A stretch of 64,000 nucleotides of DNA from Nitrososphaeria archaeon (GCA_050011875.1 JBEKIG010000013.1:12394-76393), one strand, 5' to 3'. Numbered from the stretch's first letter, positions 39,990 through 50,845 are shown. A program made the numbers and translations. Notes: a model not told the origin generated them from the sequence alone.

Positions 39990-41402
39990 TTAGACTTCGA
40001 TTACCTTTATGTTCAGAAGCATGCAAGCTTGTTTTATACATTCACTGTAGTCACCATGTATCATACTTGCATGGTGTACGAAGCCTTCTGCAACAAGGGT
40101 TCTATATAATTTATCAAGGTCAGCTACTCTTACCCACGCTGATGATCCAGCTTTTAACGCTTTTCTGCTTAGTTCATCGTTCATCTTTACGATTTCTCCC
40201 TTGGTTACGAGCATCTTGAATTGGCCATTATATTCTGCAAGTCTGCATAATGTGACTACACCTGGTTTTAGAATCATATCCATGGTACCATAGCATTTTT
40301 CTCCTGTTGATGTGTAGTGACCATTGTGGTAGGTGAGGGCTGAGGGGGAATAAGCACATGCGAGGTTTGAGGGGGCGTTACCACAGTGCCAAGCAAGGAA
40401 CACATTGCGATCTTTAGGATTCGCTATTGTCCAATCAATAAAGTGCGGTGGTGAAGTTCCAAGAGATGCTTTATATTGCATGAGCATAGTTAAAGCGCCA
40501 TAGACATCAGCTTCACAAGAAGTCATTATACCAGATTGAGTCAGTCTACCCATTGTAGAGCACGGATAAATTCCGTAGTAATTTTCGATTTCCGTCCAAC
40601 ATCTGACGCCCATTATATCCAGGCCTTTTTCGTTTACAAGATTTCTCAAGGCTACCTCTAACTTCGCCATCTTAACTAACTCCTTACTGGGAACCCCTGA
40701 AACATTGACGGCCCCCATATCCTTTATGATTTTAGTTACTTCTTTGTCTTGATCATTAAGCTTTCTTGCCGCCTCTACTATTGAAAAGATGGTAGCATGA
40801 ATGACCCTCTGCTTGTAAAGCTCTGCCATAACAGCTTCATTGTATGTAACTGTTTCAAAACCTTCAGGTCTTTGACCTACTAAGCCCACTCTTGCACCTA
40901 GAAAGCTTCTGACTACTGCGGACGTTCTTACAAAATTTTCTAAGCCCTTCAAGAAGGCTTCTTCCTCCGGAAAGACTATTCCTAAGAATATGAATGGTAT
41001 TTTTCTCCTATATAGATCAGACGCCAAAGACAATGTACCACAAAAGGAGTCCGACCATTTAAATACCGATGGCTTAGTTTCGGGCTCTTTAGTTCCAAAA
41101 ACCATCAGAGGATACCTCTCGAACTCTTCGGCTACTGTAACCCCCGCTAACTCCTCTCCAAAGGTCATTGTTCCCAGCAAAATTCCTTGCACATCCTTCT
41201 CTTTGAAAAGATGAATGGTCTTCTGTGCATCCGCTTCGTCACCAACCAAACCCATATTGGTAAGTGAACCGTCAGGATAAACTAATTCAACCATCTCAAG
41301 CTTTGCAGATGCCTTCACAACTCTATTCTTTATTTCAACAGCCCATTTCGTATCAAAGCTATTTCTGTGTAAAGGGACAAAACCTATTCTTACCTTCTTC
41401 AT
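39990..41402 (-). CDS. L-fucose/L-arabinose isomerase family protein (copy 2)
   Basis: SDSFCG, RCW, CEAD, WHCG and GFVHH motifs. Paralog of 20473-21843. Confidence 0.88.
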   Translation of the reverse strand: MKKVRIGFVPLHRNSFDTKWAVEIKNRVVKASAKLEMVELVYPDGSLTNMGLVGDEADAQKTIHLFKEKDVQGILLGTMTFGEELAGVTVAEEFERYPLMVFGTKEPETKPSVFKWSDSFCGTLSLASDLYRRKIPFIFLGIVFPEEEAFLKGLENFVRTSAVVRSFLGARVGLVGQRPEGFETVTYNEAVMAELYKQRVIHATIFSIVEAARKLNDQDKEVTKIIKDMGAVNVSGVPSKELVKMAKLEVALRNLVNEKGLDIMGVRCWTEIENYYGIYPCSTMGRLTQSGIMTSCEADVYGALTMLMQYKASLGTSPPHFIDWTIANPKDRNVFLAWHCGNAPSNLACAYSPSALTYHNGHYTSTGEKCYGTMDMILKPGVVTLCRLAEYNGQFKMLVTKGEIVKMNDELSRKALKAGSSAWVRVADLDKLYRTLVAEGFVHHASMIHGDYSECIKQACMLLNIKVIEV

Positions 41403-41705
41403 ATTTGAAAGATTCTCAATAATATTATATAAGTCTTCCTATGCTATGAAAACCGTCTATAGAAGATAATTTTAGATTTCAACCAATCTTGTACTAATTG
41501 AATTTCTTGGACATAACGTATGTAAACTTGAAAATACCAAAGATTTTTCAACGAGAGGTTAGATGTGGTTTATGCATGAACGGAACGGATTCGGTAACAA
41601 GGTTATATGTAGAAGTCGGACTCATTAAACCCTATATGAACCGTAAACAATCTATGACTTTAGCAGTATACAAACGAACTGTGGCAATTTGGAAATTCAA
41701 TATAT

Positions 41706-42608
41706 CTATTTTTTAAGTAAGGGTTCAAGTTTATTCTTTATATCATCTGTTTTGGGTTCAAGTTTGCCTATATCAAGTATCTTCCAGGTTTCTGTGTACT
41801 CCATACTAGTAGAAGGTTCGAGTGTTTTCAAGGGACTGAGTGTTTCAAATTCTAGCGTGTTAGCGTTTGTATATACCTCTACGTTGCAGCCAAAGTCAGG
41901 ATAATCTCCTTCCATATTTGGAAACTCTTTCACAAAAGCCATTCCGTCAACTATGCATGTAGCCCATTTTGGATTAGCCATCGTTCCTATCTTCATTGCT
42001 TTTTTTACTTCTGATTTTTTCATTACATAGATGTATTCATCTGTAAGTTTCAGTCTTTTATCTTCTAAATTCGTGTATGGCCATATAGCCAGGTGTCTGT
42101 CTGGAAGAAGCCCCTCCTTGTCTACTTTTGACGCTTTTATTGGCACAACAACGAAACCTTCTCCCTCCATTAGAGATAGAGCCCAACATCCTAGCTTTAT
42201 CGGCCATCTGCCGATATTCTGAATTTGGTAAACGAGCTGGACACCATCATTTCCAAAAGGCTTTATAGTAATTTCCTTTTTTATGGAATTCTCTTTTTCA
42301 GGATTACCATGTATTGTAACACTATCCTTTTCTATCTTGATTTCTACGGGTTTATCATCCATTGAGTAAGACCGCGGTATAGCTTCTGGCGAACTCCAGA
42401 GTCTGTGGCCTCCGTATACTCTCCATAATCCTTCAATAGTTTTCATTTCGTTCTTCGGGTATATGGCGAAAAGATTTTTTTGAGGTCTATTTTTGCTTGC
42501 TAGGTATAGAATTCTCGGCCCAATGTCTGTAGCTATACCTATTATTAGGTTGTTTATCGAAACTATCTTTGTGTTAAAACCTTCTAACTTTCTTTCTACA
42601 ACTCTCAT
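41706..42608 (-). CDS. Galactose-mutarotase-like (DUF4380-type) protein
   Basis: IGPRI, YGGHRLW.SPE, YPDFG and EFETLSP motifs. Confidence 0.65.
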   Translation of the reverse strand: MRVVERKLEGFNTKIVSINNLIIGIATDIGPRILYLASKNRPQKNLFAIYPKNEMKTIEGLWRVYGGHRLWSSPEAIPRSYSMDDKPVEIKIEKDSVTIHGNPEKENSIKKEITIKPFGNDGVQLVYQIQNIGRWPIKLGCWALSLMEGEGFVVVPIKASKVDKEGLLPDRHLAIWPYTNLEDKRLKLTDEYIYVMKKSEVKKAMKIGTMANPKWATCIVDGMAFVKEFPNMEGDYPDFGCNVEVYTNANTLEFETLSPLKTLEPSTSMEYTETWKILDIGKLEPKTDDIKNKLEPLLKK

Positions 42609-42986
42609 TTCTCACACCTTTCTATGTTACCTTTTCTGACCAAATATATAAATTGTTGCATACGTTTTCAATTCTATTTTATGATATTGTAACCGACGGA
42701 AAATGAAAGCACCGCATAGGGGGGAGAATCTTAAACTGGCACCTTGCCATCGACCAACTTCTTTGAAATCATATTTCTAACGATAGCTTTTAAACATTCG
42801 AAGGGAGAGAGATCTAGAAGCTAAAGGTCATTAGGATCAGTTTACACTTGGCGTGCTGATTCTGTTGCTGGAAAAGGTATTTGTTGAATGAAATCCAGAA
42901 TCTCGTTATACTCTAATCGTCAGAAAACATCTAACCACACTAAACTTCTAGGAAAAGATAAATCTCGCAAAATAGCTATATAAAAT

Positions 42987-43463
42987 ATGGATAAGATAAA
43001 GATCCTTTTCCTATGCACCCATAACTCAGCGCGATCCCAAATGGCTGAAGGATTTCTTAGACACTTCTATGGAGAAAGGTATGAAGCATTCAGCGCAGGC
43101 TCAAAACCGACACGTGTCCATCCTCTTGCCATAAAGGTGATGTCTGAAGTGGGGATAGACATTTCGAAACATACGTCTAAGAGCATCGAAGAGTTCCGGA
43201 ACAAGGACATTGACGTAGTTGTAACCGTGTGCCGTAGCAGTGCAAAGGAGGTCTGTCCGTTTTGCTCTTCACCGATACTTGGAAGTAGACCGGAGATAGT
43301 AGCCTCGACCGTGCCAAGCGCTCGGAAGTATATAGAACACGGTTTCAGCGACCCTTCTGAAGTTTATGGAAGTGATGAGGAAAGGACTGAAGCCTTCAGA
43401 CGCGTGAGGGATGAAATAGCTAGTTGGATTAAAGATACTTTTGCGGACCTCGGCGATCTTTAA
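42987..43463 (+). CDS. arsC: Arsenate reductase, thioredoxin-coupled LMW-PTP type
   Basis: LFLCTHNSARSQMAE, TVC...CP and DP...FRRVRDEI motifs. Confidence 0.88.
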   Translation: MDKIKILFLCTHNSARSQMAEGFLRHFYGERYEAFSAGSKPTRVHPLAIKVMSEVGIDISKHTSKSIEEFRNKDIDVVVTVCRSSAKEVCPFCSSPILGSRPEIVASTVPSARKYIEHGFSDPSEVYGSDEERTEAFRRVRDEIASWIKDTFADLGDL

Positions 43464-43615
43464 GCGCCTGCATCAGATCTTATGTGGTGTCCGCGATTCA
43501 TCTCTGAATTGAAATGCAAACACACTGAATTACTCACTTATATTATTGATGCTAACACACTGAACAGTGTTTCTTTTCCTCGTGGCATGTAAGATTCCTT
43601 CTTTTCTCCCGAACG

Positions 43616-44038
43616 CTATACTTTCCTTAACGCTCTTGTAACTTCGTATAATGAGGTCGCAAGTCCGACAAAGATCACCGTTAAAGAGAAGGCATAGGTG
43701 GACGTTATTTCAGGTGGTCTCAGGTAGGTCAGCAGGATCAGGAATGCCAGTAAGAAGAATATGGCGTACGTGGTCTGTAAGGGTATAAGCGTCCTTCTCA
43801 CCCTGATCACATTTTCGAACATCACCCTGTCTACGACGTAGCCTTCATCCTGTTGCCTGATGAGGCCCGCGTCAAGGAGCTTGCTGATATGGTATGATGC
43901 GAGTGAGGATGTGCTAAATCCGAGGCCCCGTTGCACGTCATGGACGCCAATGGGCTTCCCCTCCTTGAACATAAAGCGATAGACCTTGAGAGTAGTGCCC
44001 TTCAATACGTCTGCTTCAGCCTTTTCCGCTGTACTCAA
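43616..44038 (-). CDS. Membrane-tethered winged-helix transcriptional regulator (copy 2)
   Basis: Highly similar to 1956-2378 (FENVIRVRRTLIP, LLTYLRPPEITSTY). Confidence 0.8.
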   Translation of the reverse strand: MSTAEKAEADVLKGTTLKVYRFMFKEGKPIGVHDVQRGLGFSTSSLASYHISKLLDAGLIRQQDEGYVVDRVMFENVIRVRRTLIPLQTTYAIFFLLAFLILLTYLRPPEITSTYAFSLTVIFVGLATSLYEVTRALRKV

Positions 44039-44086
44039 AGTCTTTCCAACATTGATGGACCAGCATTCAATTTAAACCTTACTCCA

Positions 44087-44139
44087 TTCTAAAATTAGAA
44101 CACAGTCTTCCATCATCAATCTAAAATTAGTACTATATC
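44087..44139 (+). promoter_or_regulatory. Operator pair and TATA-like box, module 2
   Basis: TTCTAAAATTAGAA at 44087-44100, ATCTAAAATTAGTA at 44119-44132, CTATATC at 44133-44139. Confidence 0.8.
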
Positions 44140-44170
44140 GTTGCTCACCTTTACCTTAAGCCGTGGAAAA

Positions 44171-44848
44171 ATGTCAGAATATAAGAAGCAGATCGCTGCA
44201 GGAGCTTTGACGGCTGTCGTGATAGCGTTAATTTTGGCAGGTGGAGCAAGCTATCTTTTCCCACTTCAGCCCACGCAGACGACCTCCACAATAATTAACC
44301 ATTCCTCTGCAGCTGCAGCCACAGCGTCTACCACTAAGGCTACAAGCGCTGCTATTACATCTATACCTCAGACAACGTCGTCAGGAACTACCTTCACGAC
44401 GTCTACGACATATTTAGGCACTACGACAACGATATATTTACCTCCGACCATGACTCTACCCACTAATAATGGCACTACGATAATTACAAACGGCACTATG
44501 ACATATACAATAACTCCTCCTATCACCACGGTGACTACGACAATTGGACCGATTGTAACTGTAACCGTGACCCAAAACCTCATAAAAGATATTGAGATAA
44601 CATACGTGAACTTCAACGCCAGCATCCCAACTCATGTGTTCGTAGGCGTCAAGAACGCCGGCACCACGGACCAGACCGTCACAGAAGTACTCGTAAACGG
44701 AATACCGTTATCAAGCGTGAACGGAGGTACATCAAATCCAAGCCTGCCCATTACAATAGCAGCAGGTAGATCACAGGAGATCACCCTAACCTTCAGCTCG
44801 CCACTGCCATCAGGAACATACTTCATAACAATTCTCCCCGGTGATTGA
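44171..44848 (+). CDS. Thr-rich stalked surface protein with pilin/Ig-like C-domain (copy 2)
   Basis: MSEYKKQI start. Shares LSSVNGGTSNPSLPI and LTFSSPL with 2530-3363. Confidence 0.75.
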   Translation: MSEYKKQIAAGALTAVVIALILAGGASYLFPLQPTQTTSTIINHSSAAAATASTTKATSAAITSIPQTTSSGTTFTTSTTYLGTTTTIYLPPTMTLPTNNGTTIITNGTMTYTITPPITTVTTTIGPIVTVTVTQNLIKDIEITYVNFNASIPTHVFVGVKNAGTTDQTVTEVLVNGIPLSSVNGGTSNPSLPITIAAGRSQEITLTFSSPLPSGTYFITILPGD

Positions 44849-45776
44849 TACGCATCAGAATCTATTGGAAGGAGCCGTGCCGAAGGCTCAGGTTGTTTTG
44901 TTATTGGCCATACTTTTGGTTGGAGCAGTCGGCGCCTACTATGTTGTACAGGAAGAACTGCCAAAGAATAGTAACCCTTTGACTACTACTTCGACCTCGG
45001 GCACATCAACGTCCGCTCCGGTAGACGCAGGCCCGCTAACCGTAGTTTCAGTTAGTCTTCTTCGGCCCTATAACCCGGGTGGACCGACAATTGAAGTCAT
45101 CCTGCAGAACAAGGCAAACAACCCAGTGGTTAGCCTTCAAACGGTATTGTCATTATCGGGACGCAACTACACGTACGTTTTCGACGACGTTTCTTCAAGC
45201 AATCCGCTGTTGACCAATCAGGACGCATCTCAGACAGCCACTCTGATCGGTCCTGCCGGATTTGAAACAAATCAAACGTACCCGATGGAGATACGAGGCA
45301 CTCTGCAAAATGGATCCTTGTTCGATTACGTAACTCCTGTGACAATAGCCCAATACTCCAATCAGCTCGTGGCGTCCGGAGGAAACGGCAATCTCCAACT
45401 TACCATGGTCCTCGGAAAAACCGTGTACAGTTTAGGCGAACCTGTTAACCTAACTTTGACCATCACCAACATCAGCAATCAGACAATAAACTTTATGCAC
45501 TCAGGATTGGATTTTGATTTTCGAGTTTACAACGGCACAAACAACGTCGTGTACCAGTGGTCAAATTTCAGAGGCATCGCTCAATTCATAATGATCGTGC
45601 CGCTTCACGCCGGAGAGAGCAGGTCGGCCAACTTCACTTGGCTGCAGACATGCAATTTCAACGCCTCAGTTGAAGGAGACCCAGTCTCACCAGGGACCTA
45701 CAACATAATTGGCCAAACTGGCTCAGTGTACGGTTTACAGACGACGCCGATACAACTCACAATCGTCAACCCTTAG
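44841..45776 (+). CDS. Membrane-anchored surface protein with a C-terminal BsuPI-like (proteinase-inhibitor) Ig domain
   Basis: YSLGEPVNLTLTITN...FDFRV...VYQWS...AGES...W.Q...PGTY pattern. Confidence 0.65.
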   Translation: MIDTHQNLLEGAVPKAQVVLLLAILLVGAVGAYYVVQEELPKNSNPLTTTSTSGTSTSAPVDAGPLTVVSVSLLRPYNPGGPTIEVILQNKANNPVVSLQTVLSLSGRNYTYVFDDVSSSNPLLTNQDASQTATLIGPAGFETNQTYPMEIRGTLQNGSLFDYVTPVTIAQYSNQLVASGGNGNLQLTMVLGKTVYSLGEPVNLTLTITNISNQTINFMHSGLDFDFRVYNGTNNVVYQWSNFRGIAQFIMIVPLHAGESRSANFTWLQTCNFNASVEGDPVSPGTYNIIGQTGSVYGLQTTPIQLTIVNP

Positions 45777-46290
45777 TTCACGAAAAGGAAAAGACACGAT
45801 AAAATTCTATTTATTGGAAGGATGTACAAAAGATGTCGCAGGTATCATAGAGAACATTAAAAGTCCAAAGATTGTTTCAATTGAAGCAAAATTGTCGATA
45901 GATGCCCGGGAATTCTTATCAGCTGTCTCTCAAGGTGAGATGTATCAAGAAGTATCTACAATTGTTTATTTAGCTTTCCCCATAGATGAGATAAATTCGT
46001 TTATAATTGAAATTATAAACCAGACCCCAAACACTTACAAACTCTGCTGCAAGAAGACACAAAAACGTAATAATGTGCCACTTAAATCTAAGGTTCTTCA
46101 ATTGACAGTCGATCTAAGATCGTATTTAAGACAGAAAGTTATTAAATTTTTTGGGGCGTATTCCAGAAAGTGGTGTCACCATATGAATCCTGAGTGCAAG
46201 GTTTGTTGCTCATAGATACCTGCGTCAGATTGAATGTCGATATCCCTGAGAACTGAGATGTTGGAACTTACTCTGCTTTACCCTCATCAA

Positions 46291-49200
46291 CTATGATGTC
46301 TTTGGATGGTCGATTCGGACCCGGTCATGCTTACCTGCTTTCCGCCTCGGCAATACAACCCTCCAAAGGATTACGATTACCGCTAAGATAACCGCTAAGA
46401 TAATAACTATCAAAATGGACGTGTAAACCCAGTTTATCGAGAAGCTTGCCTGCACGCTCTCAGCAGAGTTCACCACAACACTAACTTCAGTTTCGCTTGA
46501 AGACGTTGCACCAGACCAGCCGTCAAACTTGAACAGGAAAAACGCAGGACTAGCTGCAAGCTGAACAGTCGAACCCAAAGGCACAAACAGCGTCCTATTA
46601 CTCGCACCACCCACCTTACCAGCAAGCGAGGCAGAGCTGTAGGAAACACTTCCGAAACTCGAAGAAACAACAGAGAGACCAGGATAGAACGCTGCGCTTT
46701 CAACGATAGGATCCTTGACCGTAACAGTGAACGGATTACTCACCCCCCCATACGAGCCGACCCCTGAACCGTTCCATAACTCGAACTGCCAACCACCATT
46801 TGAAGCAGCAGAAAGCTGAACCTGCTCACTGGAATTAAACCAATCCGTCAAAGGAGACACGAAACCACCCTGCTGGCTGTTGGAAAGGACCTTAACATAA
46901 TACTGGTGGTAGTAGAAAGGAGACAAGACGACGGCCGAGCTCACCGAACCTGTGGTTGCCTGCGCAAGGACCGACCATCTCTCGTTCGAAGAAGCATAAG
47001 CAACGCTTGCAAAACTAAACGTACTGCCCGAGTCTGCCCAAGCTGTCCCCTGCGTGACACCAATCAGTGAAGTCGACGGCGATCCAAGCGAAGAGAAGTT
47101 CAACTCCAAAGAACCTGGGTTCCCCCCGCCGGATACGCTGTAGCTATAAACAATGGTGTACTGGTGATAGTAGACAAGGGTCATTGAAACAGCTGCGTTC
47201 ACACTGCCGGAGCTAGAGCTATTGGTGTACCAACGCTCAGATGAGCCAGACCCCTGAAGAGGATTCGGCAAGCTGAATGAAGTGCCTGCGTCAAGCCAAT
47301 TGGAACTTAGGGTCGCGTTTATCGGAAAAGCCGCTGACACTCCGAAAGCTGTCCCCGACAACAACGGAGAAGTAGGATTCCCGCCACCATTGATGACATA
47401 TCCTACTGAGATGTCGAATTGGTGGTAGTATTGGAAGGTCGCGGTGGTAGGTCCCGAGACAGCCCCTGCGTCGGTCTGAGACGTAATCCACCTTTCAGAT
47501 GAATTAGAGCTGGAGAGAGGGTTAGTGACCGACCAAGATGAACCATAATCAAACCAGTAGGCTGTAGGTATGCTCGTTATGGTAGGCGAAAACGCCACAC
47601 CATTCTGCAAACCTGACAACAGCGGAACGGCCGGCGAACCACCTCCAGACACAGAATACGCCAGAGTCCAAGCTACCTGAAAGTAATACGGAACAACTAC
47701 CACAGACCCAGAAACAGTTCCCGACGTTTCGTTAGTGGCCATCCACCTTGTGTTTGAATTCGACCCTGATAGCAAGCCTGTGAACGAATAGGATGAACTC
47801 GCGTCTGTCCAGTCAGTGAAATTCGCCACCCCTTGGGATTGTGATCCGAACTTGGTGTAGGAGACGGTCGGAGCCGTGTAGCCCGACTGATTAGAGTTCA
47901 TAATGTTGAAGCCAAACAGAACGTAGTACTGGTCATAGTATGTGAAAAGAACGGACTGGGCGGCGGAAACGGTTCCTGAGGTCACATCCTGAGTGTACCA
48001 TCTCTGCACGCTACTCGACCTCTGTAAGGGGTTTGAAACAGACCAGAGCTGTCCGACGTCGGACCAATAGGCCGTGGGTGAGCCGGAAAGGCTAACAGCA
48101 GCCGCCGAGCCGAACTGGGTTAGGGCAAGGCTGGGCGCAGTAGGACCTCTTCCCCCCACTGTCGTATAGCCGGAAGTCAACCTGTACTGGTGGTAGTATG
48201 TCGCAGAAAACAACGTACTAGAGTTAACCATGCCAGTCGGAGACTTAGTGGCCCACCGTTCGTTTACGTACGATCCGGGCAACGGATTCTGAAAGGAATA
48301 CAATGAGCCGGCGTCCACGAAGGCCAAGAAACCGGGCGTAATGGATACAGATGACCCGAATTCGCTGACATTCATGCTTGGCTGTGAGTAACCGCTGCCA
48401 CCGTTTGCGACAGCATAGAGGAAGGATACGCGAAACTGGTGGAAATATACGAAGTTCAACGTTGTACCGTTCGTGGGAGCAGTGCCGCTAGTTTTATTTT
48501 GTGTGTCCCAGATCTCTATCGAAGTTGAGCCCTGTAACAGGCCGTTCACGCTCCACGGAGATCCGCTGTCCATGTAGTAGGTGGTAGAATTAGTGGAAAG
48601 CTGGATGATGTGCTGAATCCCGCCGGAATAGTAGATGAAGAATGGTGGAGAATATCCACTTCCACCACCTTGAACTGAATAATTTACGTTAACTGTGGCA
48701 GGACTATATCCTGTGATAAACAGATACGAGTCAGAAGCCTCCGTGGCGTTATGGGATGATAGGTACTGCAATGTTTTCGGAACCGTGTAGACGACAGGAC
48801 CACTCGTGGAAGCCACGAACAACGTTTGGCCAGTGCTCGGCACCCATTCCTCCATCCACATCCAGGCGGAGGATTTTGCGAAGTCGTTTTCCCAATAGGT
48901 GACATTTGCCTCTTCTCCGTAATAGGCGGAGGAGTGCCACCATTCCGTCATAAGCCCGGTGAAGAAACCGTTACTGTTTTCTGGCGATGAAGCTAAGCCC
49001 ACGAAAACGGAAGAGCCCTCCTGGTTGAACATCTTTACGGCCCCTGCCCCCGTGTTATAATCATATGCTTGCATCACGACGTTGCCGCCAGAAAAGAAAA
49101 GGTTAAGGAGGACTGTATCCCCCTGTTTCACGGTCCCTGAGAAGGACGATAGTCCGACTCCGCTTGCTGGGTAGATTGAATTACCACTTGGGTCAAAGAC

Positions 49201-49767
49201 TTCGTAATTCATGCTAAAGCCCGATGCGTAGCCGCCAACCAGATTAGGCCAATGCCAAGAAAGGCCCACCTGATACCAATACCCCGTATCAGTAAGGCCA
49301 TCCAGATCGTAGCCCGGTCCGTATCCGTTGCTGTCCGACTGAGCCACAGCGGTGACGTTGTAGGCCATACTTGTGAAGTTCTGGGTGAAAGTTAACCCCA
49401 GCTGCTCGTCGTAAATCGCGGATGGTTGATTCTCAACCGGGTAATCCTGGTTGTTTACAGTAGACAGCTCCAAACCAGCCAATCGATGGCCTTGCGATTG
49501 ACCCGCCGGAGAATCAGAGCTGAAAGATTCTGGTACGTTTTGACGACACAACGAGCAAGAGTAAGATCCATCCGAACCCAGTCCAGTTGAAATGTTAACA
49601 CCACCTGAAGAGGGATTAATGACGGAGGAAGTTGCTCCAAAAACGCCAACATGAGGCGCTGTCCAACCAAGAGCGACAAGCATTACAATTAACAGAATGC
49701 AGAAACCTAATCCCTTGGTAATCCTTCGAACTGGGCAACCATGAATCTTAATCAAAGCCAGTTTCAA
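46291..49767 (-). CDS. Large repeat-containing cell-surface protein
   Basis: N-terminal hydrophobic signal, globular domain, seven repeats of about 85 aa ending YYHQY-like, two InlB-B-repeat-like domains, C-terminal TM and basic tail. Confidence 0.75.
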   Translation of the reverse strand: MKLALIKIHGCPVRRITKGLGFCILLIVMLVALGWTAPHVGVFGATSSVINPSSGGVNISTGLGSDGSYSCSLCRQNVPESFSSDSPAGQSQGHRLAGLELSTVNNQDYPVENQPSAIYDEQLGLTFTQNFTSMAYNVTAVAQSDSNGYGPGYDLDGLTDTGYWYQVGLSWHWPNLVGGYASGFSMNYEVFDPSGNSIYPASGVGLSSFSGTVKQGDTVLLNLFFSGGNVVMQAYDYNTGAGAVKMFNQEGSSVFVGLASSPENSNGFFTGLMTEWWHSSAYYGEEANVTYWENDFAKSSAWMWMEEWVPSTGQTLFVASTSGPVVYTVPKTLQYLSSHNATEASDSYLFITGYSPATVNVNYSVQGGGSGYSPPFFIYYSGGIQHIIQLSTNSTTYYMDSGSPWSVNGLLQGSTSIEIWDTQNKTSGTAPTNGTTLNFVYFHQFRVSFLYAVANGGSGYSQPSMNVSEFGSSVSITPGFLAFVDAGSLYSFQNPLPGSYVNERWATKSPTGMVNSSTLFSATYYHQYRLTSGYTTVGGRGPTAPSLALTQFGSAAAVSLSGSPTAYWSDVGQLWSVSNPLQRSSSVQRWYTQDVTSGTVSAAQSVLFTYYDQYYVLFGFNIMNSNQSGYTAPTVSYTKFGSQSQGVANFTDWTDASSSYSFTGLLSGSNSNTRWMATNETSGTVSGSVVVVPYYFQVAWTLAYSVSGGGSPAVPLLSGLQNGVAFSPTITSIPTAYWFDYGSSWSVTNPLSSSNSSERWITSQTDAGAVSGPTTATFQYYHQFDISVGYVINGGGNPTSPLLSGTAFGVSAAFPINATLSSNWLDAGTSFSLPNPLQGSGSSERWYTNSSSSGSVNAAVSMTLVYYHQYTIVYSYSVSGGGNPGSLELNFSSLGSPSTSLIGVTQGTAWADSGSTFSFASVAYASSNERWSVLAQATTGSVSSAVVLSPFYYHQYYVKVLSNSQQGGFVSPLTDWFNSSEQVQLSAASNGGWQFELWNGSGVGSYGGVSNPFTVTVKDPIVESAAFYPGLSVVSSSFGSVSYSSASLAGKVGGASNRTLFVPLGSTVQLAASPAFFLFKFDGWSGATSSSETEVSVVVNSAESVQASFSINWVYTSILIVIILAVILAVIVILWRVVLPRRKAGKHDRVRIDHPKTS

Positions 49768-50050
49768 CCTTCTCCTTACGCATCGGCATGTATTATAGCT
49801 TTCTCCAAGTTTTTCATATTTTAAGTATGGATTATTTAAATTTGAACTCGGGAATAGGTCTAATCATTTCTGAAGTGAACTTTTATGAACCCATTACTTT
49901 GTGAGCGTTCATCTCATGCTATAGTCTTTAAAACTGAATATTTATTCGATGTGGTAATATAACGCTAATGGGTTTACTCTGTTTATGGAGCTTCCACATC
50001 TTTAACCAGTTCTATGATAGGCTTCCAAAGACCTTCCGAACGCTCTGTTT

Positions 50051-50845
50051 TTATGCCAACACGTTTGATGGGCTTGAGCGGTTCTCAGGGTTTTTGCGCA
50101 GTTCTCTTGTTGTAAACCACGCTACAATTACAGAAATCAGGGATAACGCAAAAACTAAAGCTTCAAAACCGAGTAGTGTGAAACTCTGAGCAAAGGGAAC
50201 CAAGAAATCTACAAAACCCATGGGGAGGGCGAGTAGTAAATAACGCTTCTTATTGACATAGGCAGACATTATGCAAAGGTAGCCCCATGCGAAATGAAAA
50301 AAGGTCGAGGAGATCCTCTCAACAACACCCAGGGCCATCGTTCCAATTACTTGGGAAGCGGGAGAAAAAAGTCCAGGTGAACTCTCGACTAACTGAGCAT
50401 AAACGGTCTGTGCTAGTGGTGTATTTGTGGAGAGGATAATGTAATAAGCCACAAGATTAATTATTGGAAGCACACCGAGCAGGACAACGTTTTCCCAAAA
50501 AGCCAACCCTAAACCATATGCCTCGGCGTCTTTCCCCGTAAGCATGCCGCGAGAAATCACATACCGTGCGACTAGGTAAGCGCCTCCAACCTCAAAAACA
50601 ACAGTTTGGAGACCCACGTATATCCCATAACCAACGCTTTGCGCACCAAAATACCCCACAACTTTTGAGGCAGTCGGTATTTGCACTGCGTACTTAAGGG
50701 CTATAGCACCGCCATATGCTAATAGCGAGTAGAGGAAGACAAGCCCCCTAAAGCTACGTTTATAGCGCCAGTACACAACCAAACCCGAAGTAATTAAGAT
50801 GACAATCAAGGGCTGAAGGATATACAAAATATCGATATTTTGCAT
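50051..50845 (-). CDS. YhfC/PrsW-like intramembrane metalloprotease
   Basis: VFE, YGLGLAFWE and ERISSTFFH motifs, multi-TM. Confidence 0.7.
   Translation of the reverse strand: MQNIDILYILQPLIVILITSGLVVYWRYKRSFRGLVFLYSLLAYGGAIALKYAVQIPTASKVVGYFGAQSVGYGIYVGLQTVVFEVGGAYLVARYVISRGMLTGKDAEAYGLGLAFWENVVLLGVLPIINLVAYYIILSTNTPLAQTVYAQLVESSPGLFSPASQVIGTMALGVVERISSTFFHFAWGYLCIMSAYVNKKRYLLLALPMGFVDFLVPFAQSFTLLGFEALVFALSLISVIVAWFTTRELRKNPENRSSPSNVLA

Noticed and set aside
45709-46215. 168-aa plus-strand ORF
   Set aside because: It overlaps the upstream gene and has no recognisable motif. Probably spurious or decayed sequence.
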